A DNA stretch of 64,000 nt, taken from the NCBI RefSeq assembly GCF_009914755.1, contig NC_060930.1; one strand, given 5' to 3'. Below are positions 44,161 to 58,809 of this stretch, one piece after another; the first letter of the stretch is position 1; every line of letters starts with the position of its first letter. This DNA is from the human T2T-CHM13v2.0 reference genome, Homo sapiens. The translations under genes were made by a program, and so were the position numbers. The notes under the pieces are model-generated. The model made no database searches, was not told the origin of the DNA, and saw only the letters and a list, made by a program, of their open reading frames with translations.

Positions 44161-45597
44161 AATTTGGGGGATCCCCTAAGGCAGCATATGGGGGAGTGTA
44201 GAGCACCTACAGCTGTGTCAGGGGCTTCTGAGAACAGAAGGGGGGCCCAAGGGAGGCACAGAGGTGACTCCAACTCTGCAGGATGACAAGCTCCAGCCTC
44301 TCCACTCTGTGCCAGGCTGCGTGAGTGCCCCGGGCACAGGATAGGGGAGATTGGAGGGGACATGGGGAGGGCACATGGGCATCACAGTGAGACCAGTGGG
44401 AGCTGGACGGAAGGTTAGGCTCAGGGACATTTGAGACATAGAAACTGGTTAAAAAAGAAAAAATCTGTACAATCTGCAGAAGTGAAATAAGGAACAGCGA
44501 GGGGTGAGGAGGCCAATGAGATAGAGGATGAGCTTGCAGGAGGGCTCCACGGCTCCTGCTCAGGCTCTGGGAGTTGCAGGTGACAAGTCAGGAGGAGAGG
44601 AGGCCACAGCCCGGGAAGGAAATGCCTGGCCTGGCTCAGAGTCCGGACTGTGAGCACAGCAGCGCTGCCGGGGGAATGCCCGGAGCAAATGGGTCTAAAG
44701 GAGACACGCTGGGGCTTTTGGAAAATAATCAGAGATCACAGTTTAAGATGAGGAAAAGTATGATAAAGTCAGAGGCAGCATCGAGTGAGGAGACAATAAA
44801 GCTGACAGCGGACCCCAGAGAAACCCGCACATGGAGAAAGGTTTCCTGCTCAGTCCGCCCTGGACGCCTCCCTGCACTGTGGCCTCCGAGGCTGCTCTGC
44901 CAGCCGCAGTTGAACCCAGCCTCCTCCACCTCTTTCCTGCAACTCCGCTGCAGCCAGGGTCGGGGACAGAAGAAATGGAGTCGGTGAAAAAGACAAAACA
45001 AAGCCAAAAAAGTAGCAGCTGAACCACGCGTGAGTCCTGACGGGAGCCCACAACCCCAACAGGGTCTCTACCAAGCCAGACCCTGAACACTGAAGTGTTC
45101 AGCTCACACCAGTCAGACCCAACTTGGCTTCAACTCCAAACATGTGCCTGAACTAACATCCGTGAGTCTCTAACAAACCAAAGGTTATTTTCAGTTTAAA
45201 ATTCAAGTGTACCTTAAAAGAAAAGCTGTATTCGAGAGCAGAGGGGATGTCTGTGAAGGAGGCTGCGTGGAACTGTGCTCACGAGAGACAAGAGGAAGGC
45301 CCTGGCCACAGGGATGCAGCCACAGCCGTCTCTTCTGCTTCAACATGATTAAGATATAAGTTTAATCAAAACAGATTTTCTTTCTTATTTTACAATTTAA
45401 AAATCTAACCCATGAGGATAAGAAAGTTTACTTTCCAAATTCAGAGTCTGCCTTAATTTTGTGATTTCTGAGCCCACACCTGAAGGGGGACACGGGTGGG
45501 TGGAGGTTTAAAAGGAAGAGTCTGCAATTCTCAAGCAGCTCAGAGGCGCTAAAAACATCACATCCGTGACATGATCCAGCCTTCACAAGACAGTGGC

Positions 45598-46155
45598 TGT
45601 ATCAGTCAGGGATCCCTAAAGGGACAGGACTCATAGGATAGATGATGAGTATATGGAGGGGAGTTTATTAGGAGAATTCACTCACACCATCACCAGGCGA
45701 AGTCCCACAATGCTCTGTCTACAAGCTGAGGAGCAAGGAAGCCAGACCAAGTCCCAAAACCTCAAAAGTAGGGAAGCAAACAATGTAGCCTTCAGTCTGT
45801 GGCCGAAGGCCCAAGAGCCCCTGGCAAACCACTAGTGTAAGTTCAAGGTCCAAGAGTCCAAAAGCTGAAGAACCTGGAGTCTGATGTTCGAGGGCAGGAA
45901 GCATCCAGCATGGGAGAAAGATGGAGGCCAGGAGACTCAGCAAGTCTAGTCCTTCCACGTTCCTCTGCCTGCTTTTATCCTAGCCAAGCCGGCAGCTGAT
46001 TAGATGGTGGCCACCCACATTGAGGGTGGGCCTGCCTTTCCCAGCTCACAGACTCCAATGGTAATCTCCTCTGGCAACACCCTCACAGACACAGCCAGGA
46101 CAATACTTTGCGTCCTTCAATCCAGTCAAGTTGGCACGTGGTATTCACCATCACG
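45598..46155 (-). mobile_element. MLT2A-like (ERVL) solo LTR
   Basis: tgtatcagtcaggg...gagtccaaaagctgaagaacctggagtctgatgttcgagggcaggaagcatccagc...caagttggcac..caccatcac, with TSD gtggc (45593-45597 and 46156-46160). Confidence 0.93.
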
Positions 46156-47380
46156 GTGGCACAGGGCAGCGGCAGGCAACACGAGGCTGTGAGAGCCTGC
46201 ACTGCTTTGTGGTTCCTGGATCCGTGTCCCTCCCTCACCACCTCCTGACCTCTCCGTGGCTGACCACCCTCCACATTTGGGGAGAGTGTGCTGGGCTGCG
46301 AGTAAGGTGTGAGGCTCCCTGGAGGACAGCGCCAGCTGGAGGCAGCTCTACCACTCAGCACCTGGACAGAGCCCGGTGCTCACACTGGCTCCCACGAGAC
46401 TCTCAGGCTCACCCATCTGCCCTGGGAGTGGCCCTGACTTCTCTTCTAGCACTGGAACGCTCCATGGCTCCCATCTCCCAGCCCAGTTTTCTGGCCCTGC
46501 CCCCATTCCGTCAGCTAGCCCTTGATGTGCCTCAGGTAACCAAACGCGTGAGTGAGTGAGTGAAGTAATGAACGCCCGCGTCCTCATGCCAACACCCATG
46601 TGGACCCCACACGCAACCACAGGTGCAGAACGGGTCGGGAGTTAAGTGACCATGCCAGGGACCAGCACACGAGAGCCGGGGAGACCCCCACCAGGTACGC
46701 TGTCAGCGAGCACTCCCTTCCACCAGCCTGAAGCCTCGCCGAGCTGAGCCCAGTCTAGCCAAGCCTCAGAAGCCTCCCGGCCTGGGAGTGCAGTCCCGCC
46801 ACCTTGCTTACACGGCGGGAGATGTGTTCTGACCAGCACGGGATAGAAACTGCGAATCAAGAGATACCTAGTACTCCCTTCCCAGTGAACAAACTGCTAA
46901 CGTTGTTGTGTGTGCTTCTGCCGAGACTGAAGGCCAGTTTCCAAATGCAAAGCCTAATTTTTGGGGGGCAAAATTTTATACCAAGATTAAACTTTAGTCA
47001 CTCACCAGAAGACTAAATTTTAATATGCAGTTCTACATAATATTCTAAATTAGAAACATCTAAGGAAATCCAGACTGTATTTCAGATAAGGCGGAACACT
47101 GCCCCGCATCTGGGATCCATTTAATATTTCAAAGGGACCCTGAAGTCTCATCCCCTAAAAACACCCCCACCAGGTATTGGAAATCTGTATTTCCCCGCTT
47201 GTCTTACGCAGTGGAGAAACTGAGTGTCCCGTTCACAATGTGTGTTCATAATCACACAGATGCTGGAAGGGTTCGAGCATGCACACAAGCCACTTCATTT
47301 CCTTTACTTAATCTGTTCCTAAAGAGTCAATGTTAAAGAACAAGTTTTGTAAACCAAGTAACATTTTTAAAATTATTCTG

Positions 47381-47647
<267 letters not shown>

Positions 47648-47720
47648 TAATTAACTGATAATTATGAGCTCAGCTTTGACTTTTATGATCAATGTGTCTT
47701 CAATAGCTCAGTTTTGTCTG

Positions 47721-47895
47721 TTGTTATTCATTAGAAGAAACCAGATCAATTATGTAAGAAATAAAACATTTTGTAATGTATTGTTACTCGTTAGAAGGAA
47801 CCAGATCAATTATGTAAGAAATAAAACATTTTGTAATGTATTGTTACTCGTTAGAAGAAACCAGATCAATTATGTAAGAAATAAAACATTTTGTA
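47721..47895 (+). repeat. 60-bp minisatellite, ~3 copies
   Basis: Unit ttgttactcgttagaagaaaccagatcaattatgtaagaaataaaacattttgtaatgta, near-identical copies. Confidence 0.95.
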
Positions 47896-50800
47896 GCGTA
47901 AACAATAGCACCACTAGACAAAGCTCTGATTCTGATTTCTAAAATTCCTCAAGTCAATTCTGAGAGTGACAGCAGGGAAGAAAGCTTGTGGCTAGACAGC
48001 AGCCCTGCTCACCTGGGCAGTGGTGAGGGCAAGGTGGTCTGACAGCCCTTGCTCCTGGCAGGGAGCCCCCACCCCACAGAGGGGCTGGCCCTCCAGCACC
48101 TGCCACAGACCCTGAGAGTGGCCACTGTCCCGGGGGCCTCGAAGAGACTCTCAAACCACGTCACGGGATGAGAAACAAAATGACAACTCAAACTATGTCA
48201 CGTGATGAGAAATGACATAAATATTTTGACGATGACCATTAATTGGTTCTCACTGTTCTGTCATTTATTAAGATGGGCATGTACTGAGTATTTTTGTATT
48301 GTTTAAAACAAATAGCCAAGGAACCTGAATTTCGGGGCCTGTTGGAGTTGAGGCAACTCCAGTTAGAGACTACTGGAGCACTCACTCTCACCCTGGGTGT
48401 TGCGAGGCTGCCACGCATACATCCTGTAGAAACGCTTTCTAAAAAGGATAATCAGATTCCAGTGTGGGGGATTCGGACAGTATCAGGACTGAATTTGGTA
48501 ACAAAATCAGCCATAGTCTGTGCTTGACTAAGAACATGCACAGATGTGCATTTGAGACAGTGGATAACAAGTGTGGACACTGAAACTGGGAACTCAACTG
48601 TAAAAACAAAATTAATATTTACTCTACTTGGCTCCATTTATTAAAAATGCATAATAGGCCAGGGCAGAGGGGAGGCATCCCACATAGAGACACCTCAAGT
48701 GCTGGGCAATGCCTGAGAGCCTCAGGCACCAAGCAGGCCAACAACGATGTCTGCGTGCCCCAGAGTCTGATAGGCAGCAGCCCGAGCCAGGTGGGGCTGT
48801 CTGGGGGACCTTTGGAAATGAGTCAGGCACTTTGGGCTGTGACAGTGACACCTGGGGTGATCGGTGCTGCTGGGGAGGACCCGGGATGCCACACATCTGG
48901 CATCATGTAGGTCAGTCACGCACACTTTGGCTTTGTCCGTGATAAACACCATTTGAACGGGGCCCTTCCCTGCAGGTGTGAGGAGTCCAGGTTGGCGCAG
49001 TTACAGAGAAGGGCACCCTCACAGACGGTCTGCGTGGCAGAACAGTGCATGTGCCTGTTGTGGAACTGACTAGTTTAGGAGTATCACTTTCTGGCCAGTG
49101 TGAAATTCCCAGTAAGATGTCCTCAAGTTCTAAGTAGCTTGGCTTCTTATAGAGACTTCCTGGCTAAATGAAGCCAGGGCAGGAACTCCTGGGGGGCTCC
49201 CTGACGCTCCCCAACAGCAAAAGATGAGAACTTCACACACAGCACCAGGCGCAGACGCTCTAGTGCAAGAGCCTAGGAGGTGCTTCCAATAACCACAAGC
49301 AAGACTGAAGGCGGCGTGCTGAGAAACACAGTGTGGCCCACACCTGTGCCACGCTCTGAAACAATAAAACTGTACTGCCGGGAAGAAATTTTGGAAGCTC
49401 TCTCCAACCCCTTCAGCCCCACAGCGGATTCCTGTCTTAGAAGAGGCAAAACCCAGGGCTGCGAGTCCTGCTTTTTAGGATGCTCCCAGGACCTGCACCT
49501 CTCTTTCCACACCAACTTGGAAGCTGCAACTCTGAGAATAAAGTCGGAATCCCACAGAAGAGGAGTGAGAGCGGCGGTCCACTGTGTTCCTAGAGAGGCT
49601 GGCCCTTGTACCCCAGCCACTCTGCAGACGTAAAGCTGGGAGGAAGGGCCGCCAGCTCCAGTGCTGAGAACACAGCGCAGAAAAGCAGCATCTGTGTTCC
49701 AGGATGAGTAAACAGAGACCCAAGGGAGCTGCCGAAACCGCACTGTAAAGGAGAGGGAGCGTCAGCTCCACCAGGAAGAGCGTCTCCCTCAGCAGGGCTT
49801 GGGGAGACCAGTGGTTCTCAAACAGGTCCGTGGAAGCCTGAGTCTGACAGCAATCACTCAGGAACCACACTCAGGAACCACAGACTGAAGGAGAAAGAGG
49901 CAGAAGGTGAGTCCCAGGCTCTGCCACCACCCAGCCAGAAAGCCCCCATGATTGTGCAAGGTTCCATTTGGACAAAGGGTTTCAAAGTAAAAAAACACTG
50001 AAAACCACTTCTGAAGGAAAAAAAACATTTCTTATAACATACTTGCTCCACATCTAGTACATGTCTTCCATGAAAAATAAGCAAGAATCTGTAGGAGCCA
50101 ACAGGAAAGGCACAGCTGAAATGAGACAGCCATGCCCAGGGAGTAAGGACACAAGCTCACTCTTCAAGTCACTGCACTCACTACTTCAAGTCACTAAGCT
50201 CAGTAGGGACCTGCAGCTGTGGGAAATAAAGTGGATGATGTAGAAGACCCAGTTGAAAACAAATTCTCAAAATGCTGAAGAAGAGAACATAAACCCTAAA
50301 ATGCTCACTTTCTCTTTTCAAAGAAAATAAAATTAAGCTAATTGGTTGACAAACAGGGAAGACCCAACTTTCCAATCCTACATATTCTTGAAGGACAGAT
50401 GGAAACGGATGGATTGATGACCTCACAGTCTCATGGATTAAGGGGCCATGCAACACCTGATAGAGGCTCCACTGTTTTCCAGTATGCTTAGCTGTTTTAT
50501 TTAAAGATTTCAAATCTTAGAAGAAAACAGAACTGAGAGGAAATGGGTTGTTCTTTCATTTCATGCCCCTCACCCCTGTGCAACTTCTCTGTGGGATGTG
50601 GTACCGTGTCTCAGTATCAATCGTAGGGCTGTGGTGCCATATGGTTTTAGAAGGAAGCCGCATGCCCCTGGTTTGCTGTCCCTGCTCGCTCCCAAGAGGA
50701 AGAGACGCCGCCCACCCAAAAGCTTTGAAGCCCCTCTTCCATCAACAGAGAACGCAGCAAACAATTCCACAAAGACAGCAGGAATGCACAGAGGTTGGAG

Positions 50801-51572
50801 TGGCAAGCAAACAGCCAACACACAACCGTGGGACCGTGATGCTACTGCAGCATGAGTTTCTGATGCACCAAGATGGTTTTGTACACAGGAAAATTATTTA
50901 TGGTTTATTTTGATGTTTATAAATTTAAAATTCAATTCATTAAACACTTAACGTTTTAAAACCCTAGTCTCTAAGCCTTTAATCCTATTTAATATTTTTT
51001 ATTACATTTAGAAATCTAGTATATTTTAACAATCACATGCAAAGTAGCCTTTGATTCATGTTCAGTTAACTCACAATGAACAGATTAAATCCCTCAGGCA
51101 ATGAGTTAAAGTTACAACTTTGTTAAAGTATTTTAAAATTGTTAAGCTTCATTTTAAATGTACTATATAAGATTTTCTTGAATACTTAAATGACAAAAAT
51201 AAAATGTAAGATGGTCCTGAGTTCTTAATCAATTATTAAAAATCTAACAAAGCAAACATAAATATGGTGAATTTTAAGTTCTCTTAAAAATTTAAATACT
51301 TATAAACTTAGTAATATTTTCCTTTTTTTCTCAACTAAGAAGTCACAAGTCCAAGGTCAATACAGATGTCAAATTAGAATCAGATCTTTTAAAATATCAA
51401 CATCCTTAAAGCATTGCAAATGCCTTAAATATTAATTATTCCAGGTTATTCCTAAATTCATGCAAGTCTATTAATGCTGTGGCTTTGGTGTATTTTGCCA
51501 TCTCTACATTTAATTCTAGCCACTAAAATCTTTTCCAGTCTGAAGTGACTTGGGGTTACCATTCTAGGGCAG

Positions 51573-51896
51573 CTAGAATTGTTTAACGACCAAAGATTTC
51601 ACCCTCTCACAAAACCCAGAGCCATCTACACTCAGAATGAGTCTTCCTGCCCAACTATCTCCTGTTGGTTGGGTTTTACTGGACTTAGCCCTCTTGAGGG
51701 CAGGAGTGTCTTCCATGCTGCTAGGAAGAACCCTGATGCCATCACATTGGGCACCACGGAATGCCATTACCTCCTCATCTACCTTCATGGTCTGCGGGGT
51801 CATAGTGTATCCACGTGGACTCGGCAGATCTCTTGCGCTTGATGCTGGTCCCACCACAACACTCACGGCCACAAGGAAACCACAGGTGCTCTTCAT
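51573..51896 (-). CDS. Unassigned 107-aa ORF in unique sequence (possible lncRNA-borne or de novo ORF)
   Basis: ATG-to-TAG ORF MKSTCGFLVAVSVVVGPASSARD... lying inside a candidate exon 51560-51982 (acceptor gtttttcatttctgttttag|TCC, donor AATG|gtaacc). No recognisable domain. Confidence 0.25.
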   Translation of the reverse strand: MKSTCGFLVAVSVVVGPASSARDLPSPRGYTMTPQTMKVDEEVMAFRGAQCDGIRVLPSSMEDTPALKRAKSSKTQPTGDSWAGRLILSVDGSGFCERVKSLVVKQF

Positions 51897-52244
51897 GGAG
51901 CATGGGGTTGGGGGGTGGTTTAGTCAACGAGAAAGACCTGGGTAGCTGACAACTTAACTTTCAACAAGGACAAACACAAGGACTAAAACAGAAATGAAAA
52001 ACAAATTTCAACACAGATGAAAATGCTAGACCAGGTGGGACCCAGAGGGAAGACAGGAGAGAAAAAGAACCTTCTCCAACCACTGTGAAGTGTGAGGGGC
52101 TATCTTCAGGAGGACACGAGACCAGCAGTGTGTACGTGATGCTTCACTCCCAGGAATACTTGCAGTAAATCATGCAATTCTCTTTACGGACATAGGTTTA
52201 CTCATTCTCAGCAGTCCTTTCTGTTATCTTTAAAAAGCTCAACT

Positions 52245-52540
<296 letters not shown>

Positions 52541-53242
52541 AAAGCTCTATTTAGGAAATCTCTCCTCATAAGACAGGACGCAGGCCAGGAGTCTCCCGTG
52601 GCGGCCAGGAAGGAGGGGACAGCAGGAGCTGCACCTCAGCCTTGCCCTCTCGGCCAGGCCCACTCCCTGCCCGGTATTCTCTGTATACAAGCATCACCAC
52701 AGAGCAGACTGTTTCAATTATGAGTTCTTAGAAAGAAATAGTGCAATCTTGCTCCTGAATTTATAAATTAGCGGATACAGTGATCACAAATATCACAGGT
52801 TTTTATCCCATGTAAAAACCAAGGAATGTAACCTTTCCTCCAGGTATATGCTTATGTCATTTTTCCCTGGCAAAGCTAAACCACAACTCTCAAAGTAATA
52901 CAGCCTAAATAAAACAGATTTAAATTTCACACCCACATACCTTAGTCAGAAAAAAATTAAAAAAAAAAAAATAAAAAGATGACTCAATGAAGAATACTGG
53001 AGATTTAAAGTTTCCCAGAAGTTAACAATGCTGTCTTTGCATTTCTATTTGTACAATGACTCACACAGATTACTTCTGATAACCCCACTCTCATCAAAGT
53101 CTTAATAAAGTGAACGACATGCAGCTGAATTCCCAACTTTTCGGACTCAAACCAGCAATTAGCAGGAAAAGAGCCATGCTATCCTGGCATAAACATTTAC
53201 GTTCCACATTCAACACCCAGCAACCACTCAAAAACTGCATTG

Positions 53243-53552
53243 GGCCACGTGCGGCAGCTCGCACCTGCAATCCCAGCACTTTGGGAAGCCGAGGCAGGAG
53301 GATCGCTTGAGCCCAGGAGTTCAAGGCCAGCCTAGGCAAACTGGTGAGACTCCATCTTAATACAAACAATAAATAAATAAATAATTAGTCGGGGGTGGTG
53401 GCTTGAGACTGCCAGTCCGAGCAACTCAGGAAGCTGAGGTGGGAGCATCACTGGAGCCAGGGGGTTTGAGGCTGTAGTCAGCCGTGATCACACCACTGGA
53501 CTCCAGCCTGGGTGACAGAGCAAGACCCTGTCTAAAACAAACAAACAAAAAA
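53243..53552 (+). mobile_element. AluJ
   Basis: gaggatcgcttgagcccaggagttcaagg; tttgaggctgtagt; agaccctgtct; (AAAC)n tail. Confidence 0.9.
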
Positions 53553-53955
53553 CTACAACACACACCAAAGAGCAGGGGAGGTTTGGAGGGAGATCAACTG
53601 TCTCTCGACAGAGCAATTAACAGAACTATATTCAGAAATAACCCAGATATTGGCACTGTCAGTCAGGAATTAAAAATTATTATAATATGTTAAAAGTTCT
53701 GTAATTTCAGCAGAGACACAGATCTCTGGAGGAAAAATTTTCTAGGCCTAAGGTAATCAGAATAAATCAAACTGGAAAAAGAAAACAAAACACAAAAAGC
53801 CAAACCAAATCTAGAGGAAACATATAGTGTAAATACAAAGATGAAAATTTTAGTTTTAAATTAAAAGCTACAGCAATCATTAGGTAAAACATTGAGTCTG
53901 AAGTATAAAGAGATGAAGGATATAAACATGCAATTTAAAAATTAAAAGAATTCTG

Positions 53956-54645
<690 letters not shown>

Positions 54646-55079
54646 CAGTTTGCAAATGTCTGTTTCTGCCTTTCCTGCATGTGTCAATGCGCCGCATACC
54701 AGCCCCCAAAACAGAGCCGTCCCCACGCCACCCTGCAGACCTTCCCTCCGCACTCCTGCTTTCTTCCCTTCCCAGGAGGTTGTGTTGCAGCCCGAGCCTC
54801 CCGGGGTGCACCTGGGCTCTGCACGCAGACCTCCGCCTTCGTCTGTGTCTTGTCTTTCACTGAAACTCTCCGAGAACCCCCCAAGTTTCTACATTGTGTT
54901 CTAGGGTAACAGTACTGACATGGTTTAGATGTAACTCAGTATAGCTGGAAAGACCAAAGCAAGTCTTATGATAAATCCTGCACAACTGAGAAATGCAAAA
55001 TTGAAAATAAAGCCCAACTACCCAATACAATATGAAAAGTTTTTATATCATCTTACATTAATCCTCTTTTATTTCATTA

Positions 55080-55295
55080 CAGTTGACCCCTGAACAAGGG
55101 TTTGAACTGTGCAAGTCCACTTATAGATGGATTATTTTTCAACCAAACTCGGATCAAAAATACAGCCCCCCAGGATGTGAAACCCAGGCAAATGGAGGGC
55201 AGACTATGTGGGTTCTGTAGGACTTGAGTGTGTGAGGATTTGGGAGCACACGGGGGACCTGGAACCAATCCCCCATGTAGACCGAGGGATGACTG
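55080..55295. mobile_element. MER8/Tigger2-type MITE
   Basis: ta|cagttgacccctgaaca...gaccgagggatgactg|ta: TIR-like ends and TA TSD. Confidence 0.85.
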
Positions 55296-56599
55296 TAACT
55301 ATTTTACAACTGACAATAGAAAATTGATGATTGCGATAGTAATATAAAATCAATTTGATAATATAAGGTAATGTGATATTTGTGACTCTGCTATCCATTC
55401 CAATAAATTATATCTCTGTGTATCCGCGTGTGAAGCAGCTTTCTCCATACTTAACCTGCACGCTTCCTGTTCTTCCTGAACTCCCTGTGTGAACAGTAGG
55501 CTCCCTCTGCAGCCCACACTTTCACACTCAGGGACCCATCAGTTACATCACAGCTTTCTTTCGTCTTTTGCATCTGTGGTTTGAGATACTTCTGCCTTGC
55601 TAGTTTTTTGCTGGAAATAAGTCTTGCTTGGCTACCATCTCAGCCAGGATAATTTAACTATGGAGCTTCTTGAATTTGTGTTCCCATCCTAAGCAGTTAA
55701 ACAGCTACACTGATATCTTATGGCAAATATACCACTGTCCTCAGATGTCCAACAAACTGAAGCTGACAACGCATCCCTAAGTCACATCTGACAGGGCGCA
55801 TGTGGCGCGCAGCTGCAGTTCCTGGCAGGACACCCAGGTGTGCTTCAGAGTCTTGGATTCCGAAGCCACTCTGCAGAGCCTGTGGTCCCTTGTGAGCTGT
55901 TACAGTTCCTTACTCATTTTGAGGGTCCTCTTAGCCACAGGCATTGTTAGAATAATTTTGTAAGTACAAGTATAATCCTCTTCTTCCCAAAGACTCACAA
56001 GTCTTATTTTGACAACTGAGCAGTAACAGTGATGAAAAACATTACTTTTTTTTAAGCGTATCTAGAAATTTACTCTGAGAGGCTCAAAACTTTAGTTTTG
56101 GAAAGGGGATAATCGTTCTCACAATTAAAATGTATTAAAACAAAACAAAAACAAGTCATGGAATCTGTCTCCCGCTTTTCAAAAGTGATGTGAGTTCCCT
56201 GAAACAAGATCGGTGAGTGCCACATCCGCCCCAGGTGACACACTCGAAAGCAGGGTTCCCAGAACGTGCCAGCCTCGGTCCCAGCGAGAGGTGGGAAGCT
56301 CATCCTGCAGTGCCAGATCTTTCACGAAGTGCGTTCATGAGCCTGAAGTCATGAAGAGGGTGCCAGCTTCCAGGACTCGGTGAGTGTGTGGTGGGGGCCG
56401 GCGCCCTGTCCCCAACCCTTTCTCACAGCCCAGTGCTCTCACCCTCAGTCCCGACACCACAGAAGCCACTGTGGAGGGGCCAGGCCAGCCACACATCCAG
56501 GAAAGGAGAGCTAGAAGGCCAATAGCTTATCTCTGCAGGCACGTATTCAGATCAGGGAAGTCACTCAAAGGCATGAGATGAAAGGGAGGAAGCAGGGAG

Positions 56600-57160
56600 C
56601 ATGGGTGGGCATCATGCAATCCATCGAATCCTGCCTGAACAGGACAGAAAGGCAGAGGAGGGGACTTCACCCTGGTATTTGTCTATCTGCCTCTTTGAGC
56701 TGGGACACTAGTGTTCTCCTGCCCTTGGGCTGGGACTTAAACCAGTACCCCCCAATTCTTCCCCCATTCTCAGGCCTTTGGACTCAGGCGGGAACACCAC
56801 CACCAGCTATCCTGGGGCTCCAGCTTGCAGACAGCAGATCTTGGGACTTCTCGGCCTCCACAACTGCATGAGCCAATTCACATAAAAAATTTCATCCATC
56901 CATCCACCCATCCATCCATCCATCTCTCTCCCTCTCTATCCATCCATCCATCCCTCCTTCCCTCTCTCTCCATCCATCCCTCCCTCCCTCCCTCCATCCA
57001 TCCATCCCTCCCTCCCTCTCTCTCTCTCCATCCATCCATCCCTCCCTCCCTCTCTCTCTCTCCATCCATCCATCCCTCCCTCTCTCCATCCATCCATCCA
57101 TCCATCCATCCATCCATCCATCCATCCACCATCACCTACTGATTCCGTTTCTCTGCAAAC
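56600..57160 (+). mobile_element. MLT2 (C/D-like, ERVL) LTR, copy A
   Basis: tgggtgggcatcatgcaatcc..tctcctgcccttgg..ttctcaggcctttggactc..tccagcttgcagacagcagatcttgggacttctcggcctcca..tgagccaattc. Confidence 0.85.
56893..57132 (+). repeat. (TCCA)n/(TCCC)n/(TC)n compound microsatellite inside the MLT2
   Basis: Direct reading, ~240 bp. Confidence 0.95.
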
Positions 57161-58174
57161 GTGTTTCTGTAACATGTGTTTTATCCTCCTACTGGGAGGT
57201 TGGTCTTATCGCTCCCAACACTGATCCTGAGCTGTTGAAGGCAGGCAGCCTGAGTTTCCTGTCTGGTGGGAGGGGCTGCCCTGTGTGAGCTAACATCCTA
57301 CTCTCCTCAATAACGCAGCCCGCTCTCTAGGCCAACACATGCACTTTACATGTTAATATGCCTGGGCTGGAACTTAGAAGGGTCTTTTCCTAAAATAAAA
57401 ATTTCAAATCATTATTTTGATGCACCATCTAATAGATTTTCTTAAAACAAAAGCTTGAGTCACATGTTTCATTTTATGGGCATGATTTTAAACAACATTA
57501 TGTGTAGGGTGCACCAGAGATTTAACAGAACAGAGAAAGAACATGCTACTTTAAAAAGGAAGGATGAATATTTTAAGGTTCAACAATTTCACAAATGTTA
57601 GTGAAGGGATAACGTGTATCTTAAAATCAAATAAATGTTTTCCTGCAAAATGAAGGCTTCTAAGCCCATCTGCCATGCGTTCCTGAAGAAGCGTTGCTAT
57701 TTCAGAGACGTGTCTGATAACCATGACTGGAAAAACTGCATACTGCAAAGCTTTTGGAGTAACGGGCCTGCTTTAGATACTTCTATAGACAGAGACAGCA
57801 CCAGATGAACACCACTCCTAAAATTCAATAACATTACAACATGAAATGTGGTAGAGTGTGTTCATGTTTGGAAATATTCCTTCTCTGTGTCCACCCACCC
57901 TCAGGGGACTCACTATCCACTCTGCTGGGCTGGGCTGGGCCTCATGGTGGGCATGACCATGGGGTATGGGATGGTGGCCAGCCTCCACCTTGCCCCATGG
58001 CAGCCAGCAGGTCTGGTGGGACTTCACCAGTCGGCCATGCTCCGAGATGAAGGGGATGCCAGACAGAATTGGATGACCTTCCATGAGTGTCAGGGAAAGC
58101 CTCTGGTATTCGGGAAATTCTGTCATATAACAAAACTCAAAGATGAAGATTACCATAAAATAAATTATTTTTCA

Positions 58175-58515
58175 GACCAGGCATGGTGGCATATAGACCT
58201 GTAGTCCCAGCACTTTGGGAGGCTGAGGTGGGAGGATTGCTTGAGGGCAGGAGTTTGAGACCAGCCTGGGCAAAATAGTGAGACCCCATCTCTATTAAAA
58301 ATAAAAATTAAAACATGAGCCAGGTGGGGTGGTGCATGCCTGTAGTATCAGCTACTTAGGAGGTTGAGGCAGGAGGATTGCTTGAACCCAGGAGTTCGAG
58401 GCTGCACTGAGCTGTGATTGCATCACTGTACTCTAGCCTGGGCAAGAGTGAGACCCTTTCTCACAAAAAAAAAAAAAGACAAGAAAAGAAAAAAAAGGAA
58501 AAGGAAAAGGAAAGA
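58175..58515 (+). mobile_element. AluJ
   Basis: gaggattgcttgag; gagttcgaggctgc; gtgagaccct; A/G-rich tail; TSD aaattatttttca. Confidence 0.92.
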
Positions 58516-58809
58516 AATTATTTTTCAAGACTGGAACTCACGGATCTTTCAAAATGTACCAAGTACTTTACAGGGTACTTTCTTAATAGAGGAAACGAAG
58601 AAAGAAAGATGGTAACTTTCCTCAAGAGTGTGTTTATAATTAGCACAGACAGAATTATGAAAATCACACAGTTAAGTAACTATACATTCGTGAATCATAC
58701 AGCGATTATGTATTTTATGTGAATGTAAACTGGCTTAATTGGTAGCAAGGAAGAAGGATCCTCTCAAATATGCTCAAAAAGAAAAGGAAAAAAAAAAAAA
58801 AAAGAGTTA

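Noticed and set aside
47721-47895. Possible CRISPR-like array
   Set aside because: It is a contiguous tandem repeat with no unique spacers, in eukaryotic DNA.
56825-57175. MDGW/PSIH-repeat ORFs
   Set aside because: These are translations of the (TCCA)n microsatellite.
58775-58803. A-tract beside the CpG island as a retrocopy tail
   Set aside because: It is on the wrong side and strand to be a tail of the island sequence, and I found no TSD.
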